Origin: Mycolicibacterium smegmatis
GTDB lineage: Bacteria; Actinomycetota; Actinomycetes; Mycobacteriales; Mycobacteriaceae
NCBI RefSeq assembly: GCF_001457595.1
Contig: NZ_LN831039.1
Coordinates: 4,620,001 to 4,652,000 of the forward strand
Length of the DNA: 32,000 nucleotides
Reading direction: 5' to 3'
Position numbers and translations under genes: made by a program. Below are positions 22,072 through 29,336 of the stretch, piece after piece. The number at the start of each line of letters is the position of its first letter. Position 1 is the first letter of the stretch. A model generated the notes under the pieces. The model had not been told where the DNA came from. It searched no databases and saw nothing but the letters and a program-made list of their open reading frames with translations.

Positions 22072-22705
22072 GGTGTCGCAGTGGAAGACGTTCCAGCGAG
22101 TTCTGAAGGGCACCGAGAACCTGGTCTTCAACGAGGCGCCCAAGTTCGTGCGCCAGCTACAGAAGTCCGACAACGTGCCCCGGACCGTGCAACAGGGCAT
22201 CCAGCAGGGCATTCAGCAGGGCCTACGGCTCGGGATCGATGTGCTGGCCAGCGGCCTCGCCGGCGCCACGGCGAACAACGCACCCGCAATCACCGCGGGG
22301 CGCCCGGTGTCCAAACACGCCGTCCCGACCGCGCACCGCGCCCGCAAGGTCGTGTACTCCCCTGACCTCGACGGCCGCGCGGATCCGGGCGAGATCGTAT
22401 GGACGTGGGTGGTCTACGAGGACGACCCCACCAAGGGCAAGGACCGCCCGGTGCTGGTGGTGGGACGCGACCACCGCACCCTGCTGGGGCTCATGCTCTC
22501 CAGCCAGGAGCACCGCAGCGACGATCCGAACTGGGTCGGCATCGGCACCGGCACCTGGGACTACGACGGCAGGCCCAGCTGGGTGCGCCTCGACCGCGTG
22601 CTCGACGTGCCCGAGGAGGGCATCCGCCGCGAGGGCGCGATCCTGGACCGCGTGCGGTTCGAGGTGGTCGCCGAGCGCCTGCGCGCCGAATACTCCTGGA
22701 GCTAG
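22070..22705 (+). CDS. Conserved hypothetical protein with C-terminal PemK/MazF-like (SH3-barrel) fold, Rv2405-like
   Basis: The C-terminal half reads [40 protein letters not shown], which resembles the G(D/E)IVW..F......K.RPxLVV core of PemK-family proteins. The N-terminal half is low-complexity ([11 protein letters not shown]). It is divergent from lepA, as Rv2405 is in M. tuberculosis (recalled). The start is uncertain. Confidence 0.55.
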   Translation: MVSQWKTFQRVLKGTENLVFNEAPKFVRQLQKSDNVPRTVQQGIQQGIQQGLRLGIDVLASGLAGATANNAPAITAGRPVSKHAVPTAHRARKVVYSPDLDGRADPGEIVWTWVVYEDDPTKGKDRPVLVVGRDHRTLLGLMLSSQEHRSDDPNWVGIGTGTWDYDGRPSWVRLDRVLDVPEEGIRREGAILDRVRFEVVAERLRAEYSWS

Positions 22706-23475
22706 CGCCCGCCGGTTCTGCCGCCTGGACGGAACCGCACGTAGGGCCCGGCGGAGTCGCGGGTGATCTCACACCGCACGCCGTAGACGTCGGCGACGAG
22801 TTGCTCGGTGAGCACATCCGCCGGGGGTCCTGACGCCACGACCCCGCCCGCCGACAGCACCACGACGTGGTCGCAGAACATCGCGGCGAGGTTCAGGTCG
22901 TGGAGCGCGACGACGACGGTGATGTCGAGCTCGCGGATCAGCGCCAGGATCTCCAGCTGGTGGGCGATGTCGAGATGGTTCGTCGGCTCGTCGAGCAGCA
23001 GTTCCGTGGGTTGCTGCGCGAGCGCGCGGGCGATCTGCACCCGCTGACGCTCGCCTCCGGAAAGGGTGTGCCACAGCCGGTTCTGCATACCGAGCAGGCC
23101 CGTGACCGCGAGCGCGTCCCGCACGGCCGATGCCCCGTCCCCGTCGCCGCCGAACATCGTCGTGTACGGGATGCGACCGAGTCGCACCACGTCCCCGACC
23201 GTGATGTTCAGATCCGTCTCGGCGTGCTGGCCCACGAGCGCGACGCGTCGCGCGAGTGCACGGCGCGGCATCGCGGTCACCGGTCGCCCGTCGAGTTCGA
23301 CGCGCCCGGCGTCGGGTCGGTCGAGCCCGGCCAGCAGACGCAGCAGCGACGACTTTCCTGACCCGTTTGGGCCGAGAACGCCCACGGTGCTGCCCGGCTG
23401 GAAAGCCACGGTGACATCCGCGAGCACGAGCCGGCCCGAGCGCAACCACCGCACGTCGTCGGCGCGCAAGCTCAT
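22702..23475 (-). CDS. ABC transporter ATP-binding protein (FecE/FepC/BtuD-type)
   Basis: The 400-aa track ORF was trimmed to the ATG at 23475, which overlaps the permease stop (ATGA). Walker A is GPNGSGKSS, the signature is LSGGERQRV and Walker B is LLLDEPTNHLD. Confidence 0.9.
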   Translation of the reverse strand: MSLRADDVRWLRSGRLVLADVTVAFQPGSTVGVLGPNGSGKSSLLRLLAGLDRPDAGRVELDGRPVTAMPRRALARRVALVGQHAETDLNITVGDVVRLGRIPYTTMFGGDGDGASAVRDALAVTGLLGMQNRLWHTLSGGERQRVQIARALAQQPTELLLDEPTNHLDIAHQLEILALIRELDITVVVALHDLNLAAMFCDHVVVLSAGGVVASGPPADVLTEQLVADVYGVRCEITRDSAGPYVRFRPGGRTGGR

Positions 23476-24497
23476 CGCGCACCGGCCCTTCTGCGCAGCA
23501 GGATCATTGCGAACGCGGGCACGCCGAGCAGTGCGGTGACCACACCCGTGGGCAATTCCTGCGGCGCGAACACGGTGCGGGCCAGCGTATCCACCCACAC
23601 CATGAAGACGGCGCCGAGCAGCGCGACCGTCGGCAGCAACCGCCGATGGTCGGGACCGACCACGAACCGTGCCGCGTGGGGCAGCACCAGGCCGACGAAC
23701 CCGATCGCTCCTGCCGCGCTGACCAGCGCGGCCGTCATCAACGCGGTGACCACCATCAGCACCAGGCGCGCCCGCAGCACCGATACACCGAGTGTGGCGG
23801 CAGCGTCGTGACCGAACGCGAACGCGTCGAGCGTCCTGGCATGGAACACGCACACCGCGAGCCCTCCGCACACCACCAGGCCGCATGTCACGACGTCGCT
23901 CCACGCGACCCCCGCGAGGGATCCCAGCAGCCAGAACAACACCCCCCTGGTCTGCTCGGCATCAGCAGAAGACAACACGATGAAAGACGTCAAAGCCGAG
24001 AAGAGTTGCGTCCCAGCCACTCCCGCGAGCACCACCTTGTCGGTGCCGCCACCCGATGCGTAGGCCAGCACCAACACGACCGAGAAGGCGAACACCGCAC
24101 CGACGAACGCACCCCCGGACAAGGTGAGCGCTCCGCCCCCGACCCCGAGCACCGCGACCAGCACCGCCCCGGTCGACGCACCGGACGACACCCCGAGGAC
24201 GAAAGGGTCGGCGAGCGGATTACGCAGCAACGACTGCAGGATCGCCCCGCACAGCGCCAATCCGCTTCCGCATGCGGCGGCCAGCAACACCCGCGGCAGC
24301 CGAAGCTCCCACACGATGCCGTCCTGCAGACGCGTCGCCCCTGACGGCCCAGCGCCGAGATGCTCGCCGATGATGCGGTACACGTCCGAAACCGACAGCG
24401 CTGCAGGCCCGATGGTCACAGCCAGCGCGGACGACGCGACGAGCAGGACCATCGCCGCGCTCCAGACCCCAACCAGCGAGCGGGTACGCACGATCAC
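23472..24497 (-). CDS. FecCD/BtuC-family ABC transporter permease
   Basis: The track ORF was trimmed to the GTG at 24497, which overlaps the upstream binding-protein stop (GTGA). The 341-aa product has ~10 hydrophobic helices and typical FecCD blocks (..LRLPRVLLAA.., ..FVGLVLPH..). Confidence 0.88.
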   Translation of the reverse strand: MIVRTRSLVGVWSAAMVLLVASSALAVTIGPAALSVSDVYRIIGEHLGAGPSGATRLQDGIVWELRLPRVLLAAACGSGLALCGAILQSLLRNPLADPFVLGVSSGASTGAVLVAVLGVGGGALTLSGGAFVGAVFAFSVVLVLAYASGGGTDKVVLAGVAGTQLFSALTSFIVLSSADAEQTRGVLFWLLGSLAGVAWSDVVTCGLVVCGGLAVCVFHARTLDAFAFGHDAAATLGVSVLRARLVLMVVTALMTAALVSAAGAIGFVGLVLPHAARFVVGPDHRRLLPTVALLGAVFMVWVDTLARTVFAPQELPTGVVTALLGVPAFAMILLRRRAGAR

Positions 24498-25513
24498 CGG
24501 TCCGACGCCAACCCCAGCTCGCGCAGCCCGCGCGCCACCTTCTCGACCCCGTCGACCGTGCGGATCGACGGATTGAGATCGGCGCCGTTGACCACGATGT
24601 ACCGACGCTGCTGCACCGCGGTGAGCCGCCGCGTCACCGGATTCGACTCCAGGAACGCGATTTTGGTTTGCAGGGAGTCGCCTTCGATGGTTCTGCGGCT
24701 CAGATCCGCCAGTACCAGGACGTCCGGATCTCGCTCGGCGACGCTCTCCCAACTGACCTGCGGCCACTCGTCGGTCGTGTCATCGAACACGTTGCGCGCC
24801 CCGACCGCATCGGCGATGACGCCCGAAGCTCCGCAACACCCCGCGAAGTACGGGGCGCGGACATCGGAGAACCAGAACGCCATGTCCACGTCGGTACGTG
24901 TGCCCGACACCGAGTCCATCCGGCGCCGCAGGTCCCCGACGAGTTCCGCACCGCGCTCGTGGACGTCGAAAATAGCCGCCAGGTCGGTGATCTCGGTGTA
25001 GATGGCATCCATCGTGAACGGTTCGGTGCGCGCACCGTCGCCGTTGACCGAGGTCTTGCCCTCACAGTCGCTCGGCGCGAGGTACGTGGGGACGCCGAGT
25101 GCTTCGAACCGGTTGCGGTCGGCGACCCCGCCCGGGCCCAGCGTGCCACCGAACGACGCCGACACGAAGTCCGGTTCGGCGTCGAGCACGGTCTCCAACG
25201 ACGGTTTGTTCACTGCGAGCACCGGCACCCGCGCATTGTCCTCGGCGAGGTCATCGCGCACCGGGTCGGTCCACGTCGCGGTGCCGACCATGCGATCGGC
25301 CAATCCGAGCGACAGCATCACCTCCGTGGAGCCCTGGTTGAGCGATACCGCCCGCCGAGGTGAGGCGTCGACCACCACCTGCCTGCCGCAGTTGTCCACG
25401 GTCACCGGGTATCCGTGCGCGCCGGCCGAGACCGCCACCGGCGCCGCGGGTCGACCGCAACCCGCCGTGACGACGACGAGGACCGCTGCGCCGGCACACA
25501 GTCGGCGGATCAT
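24494..25513 (-). CDS. Periplasmic-binding-protein type 8 lipoprotein (siderophore/cobalamin-class SBP), copy 2
   Basis: Lipobox VTAGC. The SBP blocks are RAVSLNQGSTEVMLSLGLADRMVG.. and ..RDPDVLVLADL... It is clearly paralogous to the upstream gene. Confidence 0.88.
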   Translation of the reverse strand: MIRRLCAGAAVLVVVTAGCGRPAAPVAVSAGAHGYPVTVDNCGRQVVVDASPRRAVSLNQGSTEVMLSLGLADRMVGTATWTDPVRDDLAEDNARVPVLAVNKPSLETVLDAEPDFVSASFGGTLGPGGVADRNRFEALGVPTYLAPSDCEGKTSVNGDGARTEPFTMDAIYTEITDLAAIFDVHERGAELVGDLRRRMDSVSGTRTDVDMAFWFSDVRAPYFAGCCGASGVIADAVGARNVFDDTTDEWPQVSWESVAERDPDVLVLADLSRRTIEGDSLQTKIAFLESNPVTRRLTAVQQRRYIVVNGADLNPSIRTVDGVEKVARGLRELGLASDR

Positions 25514-26532
25514 GAGACGAGACCGAACGATTCGAGGCCCGCGGCCATCTTTTCGACCGCCTGCACCTGACGGATCCCTGGATCGAGTTCGGATCCGGTG
25601 AGCACCACGTACCGTTTGTTGCGCACCGCGGTCATGTGGCGGGTCACCGGATTGGATTCCAGGAAACCGATCTTGGCGTCCAGGGCGTCACCGTCGATGC
25701 GCCTGCGGTTGAGGTCGGCCAGCACCAACACGTCGGGATCGCGGGCTGCGACCGCCTCCCAGCTGACCTCCGGCCAGTCTTCCGATGCGTCGGCGAAGAC
25801 GTTGGCAAGGCCAAGTGCGGCGGTGTACAGGCCTGGGGCCGAACAGCATCCGGCCATGGATGGCGTCCGCAGCCCGGAGAACCAGTACGCCACGGTGGTG
25901 CCCGGCTTCGGTTCGAGCGAGGCCTCGGACAGGCGACGCTGCAAATCATCCACCAACCGCGCGCCACGTTCGGGCACATCGAACATCCGCGCCAACTGGT
26001 TGATCTCGTCGAACAGCGTGTCGAAGGTCAGCGGTTCGGTGCGGGTGACCGTCTCGCCGTCCACCTCGGCCCCGGTGCACACCGACGGTGACTGGTACGT
26101 GGCCACTCCGAGTTGCCCGAGCCTGGCGCGTTCGGCGACCACCGCGGGTGTGAATGTGTGCGCGCTCGCCGAGGTCACCAGATCCGGTTCGGCGGCAAGT
26201 ACGGTCTCCAGCGACGGATCGTTGTCGGCGAGCCGCGGGACGCTTGCATTGTCCTCGGCCAGCGCGGGCAGCACGGGATCGAACCACGTCGAGGTGCCCA
26301 CCATCCGGTCGGCGAGCCCCAGGGACAGCAGGATCTCCGTCGACGCCTGGTACAACGACACCACCCGTTGCGGTGGACGGTCGATCGTGACGGTGACACC
26401 GCAGTTCTCGAACGTCAGCGGGTAGTTCGTCGTCTCCTCGTGGGGCGACGGTTCGGTACCGCGCGCCGAACATCCCGAAAGCGCGCAGATCGCCAGCGGT
26501 AACAGGGTCAGAAGTGCGGTGATCGCACGCAT
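25510..26532 (-). CDS. Periplasmic-binding-protein type 8 lipoprotein (siderophore/cobalamin-class SBP), copy 1
   Basis: Lipobox ALSGC. The blocks are RVVSLYQASTEILLSLGLADRMVG.. and ..RDPDVLVLADL... A GAAGGA RBS lies at 26546-26541. There is an ATGA overlap with copy 2 (25510-25513). Confidence 0.88.
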   Translation of the reverse strand: MRAITALLTLLPLAICALSGCSARGTEPSPHEETTNYPLTFENCGVTVTIDRPPQRVVSLYQASTEILLSLGLADRMVGTSTWFDPVLPALAEDNASVPRLADNDPSLETVLAAEPDLVTSASAHTFTPAVVAERARLGQLGVATYQSPSVCTGAEVDGETVTRTEPLTFDTLFDEINQLARMFDVPERGARLVDDLQRRLSEASLEPKPGTTVAYWFSGLRTPSMAGCCSAPGLYTAALGLANVFADASEDWPEVSWEAVAARDPDVLVLADLNRRRIDGDALDAKIGFLESNPVTRHMTAVRNKRYVVLTGSELDPGIRQVQAVEKMAAGLESFGLVS

Positions 26533-26579
26533 CAGCCGATTCCTTCGATGCAGGGCCCAGTCGCGGAGCCGTCGACAGT

Positions 26580-26680
26580 AGATCCGGCCACAGGTGATCG
26601 GACTCGAGGCGGCAGCCTCTCACCGTTGCGCGTCAGTTCCGGATTCGCACCGGATTCCCCTGAGGTCGGCCTTCCGCACT
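26580..26680 (-). promoter_or_regulatory. Cobalamin (B12) riboswitch aptamer in the 5' leader of the ABC importer operon
   Basis: The minus-strand RNA reads GGCCGACCUCAGGGGAAUCCGGUGCGAAUCCGGAACUGACGCGCAACGGUGAGAGGCUGCCGCCUCGAGUCCGAUCACCUGUGGCCGG. It contains the conserved core AGGGAA-CCGGUG-GAAUCCGG-CUG-CGCGCAAC-GU and a B12-box-like AGUCCGAnnACCUG. It sits 50-150 nt upstream of the first SBP start. Confidence 0.8.
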
Positions 26681-26762
26681 GTAACAGCAGCACTGCCGCC
26701 GGCAGGCCCCCCGGGTTTCCGCCACGGCGCTTCAAATTCGTGGGACCGGGAACTCCAGGAAG

Positions 26763-27011
26763 ATGACTGCTGTACCTCCCGACCCCAATCCGGCCGATAC
26801 GCCCGATCTGGAACCTGGAGGTGGCGTCGCTCCCTGTGCGACGCCACCGGATTCCGCGCAGACCTCAGGCCTCGGCGAACCCGCGCCCCGCCCGAAGCAC
26901 AAGATCACCCCGACCGCCGCGGTGAGCGGGATCGGTCTGGTGTTGTTCCTCGCGTTGTTCATCGCGGCCGGCGTGTTGCTGATCCTCAACATGACCGGTG
27001 TATTCGACTGA
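26763..27011 (+). CDS. Candidate small (82 aa) tail-anchored membrane protein with a proline/acidic N-terminus
   Basis: The ORF MTAVPPDPNPADTPDLEPGGG...KHKITPTAAVSGIGLVLFLALFIAAGVLLILNMTGVFD has one clear C-terminal TM helix. GC3 rises along the ORF. The SD spacing is poor (AGGAAG abuts the ATG). Confidence 0.4.
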   Translation: MTAVPPDPNPADTPDLEPGGGVAPCATPPDSAQTSGLGEPAPRPKHKITPTAAVSGIGLVLFLALFIAAGVLLILNMTGVFD

Positions 27012-27653
27012 CTAGCGGGGTCGGCGCCACATCAGGGTCATCACCGGCCCGTCGTCGGGCAACCGCACCTCGCCGGTTACCTCGAACCCGAAGCGGGCGT
27101 AGTACGGGATGTTGTCGGGGTTGCTGGACTCCAGATACGCCGGTGCGTGTTCGGCGTCGACCTGCTCGAGGCGTGAGCGCATCAAGGCGTGGCCGTATCC
27201 GCCGCCCCGCACGACCGGGTCACTGCCGATGACCGCGAGATACCAATGGGGTTCATCGGGATGATGCTCCTTCATCAGGTCGACGACCTGCCGTCCACGG
27301 CTGAGGTGTCGCCCGAAGGCGAGCAGCAGCATCGGCAACATCCGCAGTTCTTCGGCGGGGGTCTGCTTCCAGCGGCCGGGCCCGTCCCACAGGGCCGCTG
27401 CCCCTACTCCGGTACCACCGACCCCGGTGCCGCCCACAGCGACGTCGGCGCCCCCGCCATGCAAGTGGTGATGACGTGTGAGGGCCGCGAACATGCGCGG
27501 CAGCGCCCGGGCACGACGCGCGGCGTCGGGTATCACCCACTTCGTCACCGGGTCGTCGGCAAAGGCGCGACCCAGGACCGCGGCGAGCGGAGCGACATCG
27601 AATTTCTGTGCGGATCGGACAGCGACGGCGGACACCCGCCCACCATCGCACAT
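27012..27653 (-). CDS. GNAT family N-acetyltransferase
   Basis: 213 aa. The acetyl-CoA motif region is VVRGGGYGHALMRSRLE and the C-terminal region is NIPYYARFGFEV. Its stop codon directly abuts the stop of the small + strand ORF. Confidence 0.75.
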   Translation of the reverse strand: MCDGGRVSAVAVRSAQKFDVAPLAAVLGRAFADDPVTKWVIPDAARRARALPRMFAALTRHHHLHGGGADVAVGGTGVGGTGVGAAALWDGPGRWKQTPAEELRMLPMLLLAFGRHLSRGRQVVDLMKEHHPDEPHWYLAVIGSDPVVRGGGYGHALMRSRLEQVDAEHAPAYLESSNPDNIPYYARFGFEVTGEVRLPDDGPVMTLMWRRPR

Positions 27654-27702
27654 CAGGTCAAGAGCCGGATGCGGCCAGCCCGATACGGGAACGCACCGCG
27701 CC

Positions 27703-28134
27703 TCAACGCCCCTGCGTGATGTAGGCCTGCAGCTGTTGTTGCTCGGTCTCGAGTTCTTCCATCCGGGTCTTCACCACGTCGCCGATGCTCACGATGCCGG
27801 CCAACCGGCCGTCGTCGAGCACGGGGATGTGGCGGACCCGGTTCTGGGTCATCAGCACGTTGAGGTGGTCGACGGTGTCGCGCGGAGTGCAGGTCGCCAC
27901 GACACTGGTCATGATCGACGACACCGGCTGCGCCAGCAGGCTGCTGCCACGCTTGTGCAGCTGACGGACCACGTCGCGCTCGGAGACGATTCCCTCGAGG
28001 CCGCTCTTCCCCATCACCACCATCGCGCCGATGTTCATCTCGGCCAGCCCCGCCAGCAGTTCGGTGACGGTGGCCTGCGGCGAGATGGTCACCACTGCGG
28101 TGCCCTTGTTCTTCAGCACGTCCGCGATCCGCAT
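27703..28134 (-). CDS. CBS-domain pair protein (Rv2406c-like)
   Basis: 143 aa with two CBS repeats (..IGAMVVM..GIVSERDVV.. and ..VRHIPVLDDGRLAGIVSIGDVV..). GGAGG lies 6 nt upstream of the ATG. Confidence 0.85.
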   Translation of the reverse strand: MRIADVLKNKGTAVVTISPQATVTELLAGLAEMNIGAMVVMGKSGLEGIVSERDVVRQLHKRGSSLLAQPVSSIMTSVVATCTPRDTVDHLNVLMTQNRVRHIPVLDDGRLAGIVSIGDVVKTRMEELETEQQQLQAYITQGR

Positions 28135-28211
28135 ACCGGCCTCCGATCGTGATCTGCCTCACACTAGGCTAATGGGAGCCGGGTGACACGGAAGCCGATT
28201 CGACCGTTTGG

Positions 28212-28225
28212 TGCTCATTTGAGCA
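28212..28225. promoter_or_regulatory. Perfect 14-bp palindrome TGCTCATTTGAGCA in a divergent promoter region (candidate operator)
   Basis: Read directly from the sequence. It lies between the CBS gene start (28134) and the aldo/keto reductase start (28277), in the most AT-rich part of the spacer. Confidence 0.25.
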
Positions 28226-28276
28226 TCCTCCGGCACCGGGTATCCAGGTGACCACTCCGAACGAAGGACCGCGGGC

Positions 28277-29299
28277 ATGACCACCGGAAATTCTGTCCCC
28301 ACCACCACGCTGGGTGACGATCTGTCAGTCAGCGCAATTGGTTTCGGAGCCATGGCGCTCACACCGGTGTACGGCGAGGTCGATGACGACGAGTCGCTGG
28401 CGACGCTGCACCGGTGCCTGGACCTTGGTGTGACTTTCATCGACACAGCGAACGTCTACGGCAGTGGCAACAACGAGAGGCTGATCGCCAAGCTCCTGGC
28501 AGACCGTCGCGACGAGGTCACCTTGGCGACGAAGTTCGGCATCGAGGGCAATCCGGCCGAACGTGCGTCCGGGAGTCCGAAGGTGCGTGGCGACGCCGAG
28601 TACGTACGCACCTGCATCGACGCGAGCCTGCAGCGCCTACAGACCGATGTCGTCGATCTCTACTACATGCATCGCCGAGACATGTCGGTCCCGATACAGG
28701 AGACCGTTGGCGCCATGGCGGAACTGGTCGCCGCTGGAAAGGTCCGCCACCTCGGGTTGTCCGAGGTCACTGCACAGGAGCTTCGGGCTGCGGTACGGAT
28801 ACATCCGATCGCGGCGGTGCAGAGCGAGTGGTCGATCTGGAGCCGCGATGTCGAGCGCAACGTCGTGCCGGCCGCCGCCGAACTCGGGGTGGGTTTCGTC
28901 CCCTACTCGCCGTTGGGCCGTGGATTTCTGACCGGCACTGTGCGCTCAGCTGCCGACTTGGAGTCGCCGAACGATTTCCGCAAGACGATGCCGCGCTTCG
29001 GAGCAGACTCCCTCGAGGCGAATCTGGCGGTGGTGGAGACGATCCGGTCGATCGCCGAGGCCGTCGAAGCCACCCCGGCGCAGGTGGCGCTGGCTTGGCT
29101 GCGATACCGCGCCGATGCATTCGGCGTCGCATCCGTGCCGATCCCTGGCACCCGTCGCGCTTCCCGGGTGCAGGAGAACGTCGAGTCCCTCGACGTGACG
29201 CTCACCCCTGAACAACTCGAATCGCTGGATGCGGCCGGCGCGACGGTTTCCGGTGACCGCTATAGCGATACGTCCTGGTTGTCAGTGGGTCGCGAGTGA
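28277..29299 (+). CDS. Aldo/keto reductase (AKR11/13-like)
   Basis: 340 aa. AAGGA lies 8 nt upstream. The AKR blocks are GFGAMAL, FIDTANVYG, DLYYMHRRD, GLSEV and PIPGTRR. Confidence 0.9.
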   Translation: MTTGNSVPTTTLGDDLSVSAIGFGAMALTPVYGEVDDDESLATLHRCLDLGVTFIDTANVYGSGNNERLIAKLLADRRDEVTLATKFGIEGNPAERASGSPKVRGDAEYVRTCIDASLQRLQTDVVDLYYMHRRDMSVPIQETVGAMAELVAAGKVRHLGLSEVTAQELRAAVRIHPIAAVQSEWSIWSRDVERNVVPAAAELGVGFVPYSPLGRGFLTGTVRSAADLESPNDFRKTMPRFGADSLEANLAVVETIRSIAEAVEATPAQVALAWLRYRADAFGVASVPIPGTRRASRVQENVESLDVTLTPEQLESLDAAGATVSGDRYSDTSWLSVGRE

Positions 29300-29336
29300 G
29301 TCCACGGTCCAGTCGTTTCGCCCTGGCACAGGCAGG

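Noticed and set aside
27402-27436. In-frame GGTGV-GGTGV duplication in the GNAT protein (..VGGTGVGGTGVGAA..), considered as a VNTR or slippage-prone tract.
   Set aside because: The two 15-nt units differ at most wobble positions (GGCACCGGGGTCGGT versus GGTACCGGAGTAGGG on the coding strand). This is therefore an old, diverged duplication and not a contingency repeat.
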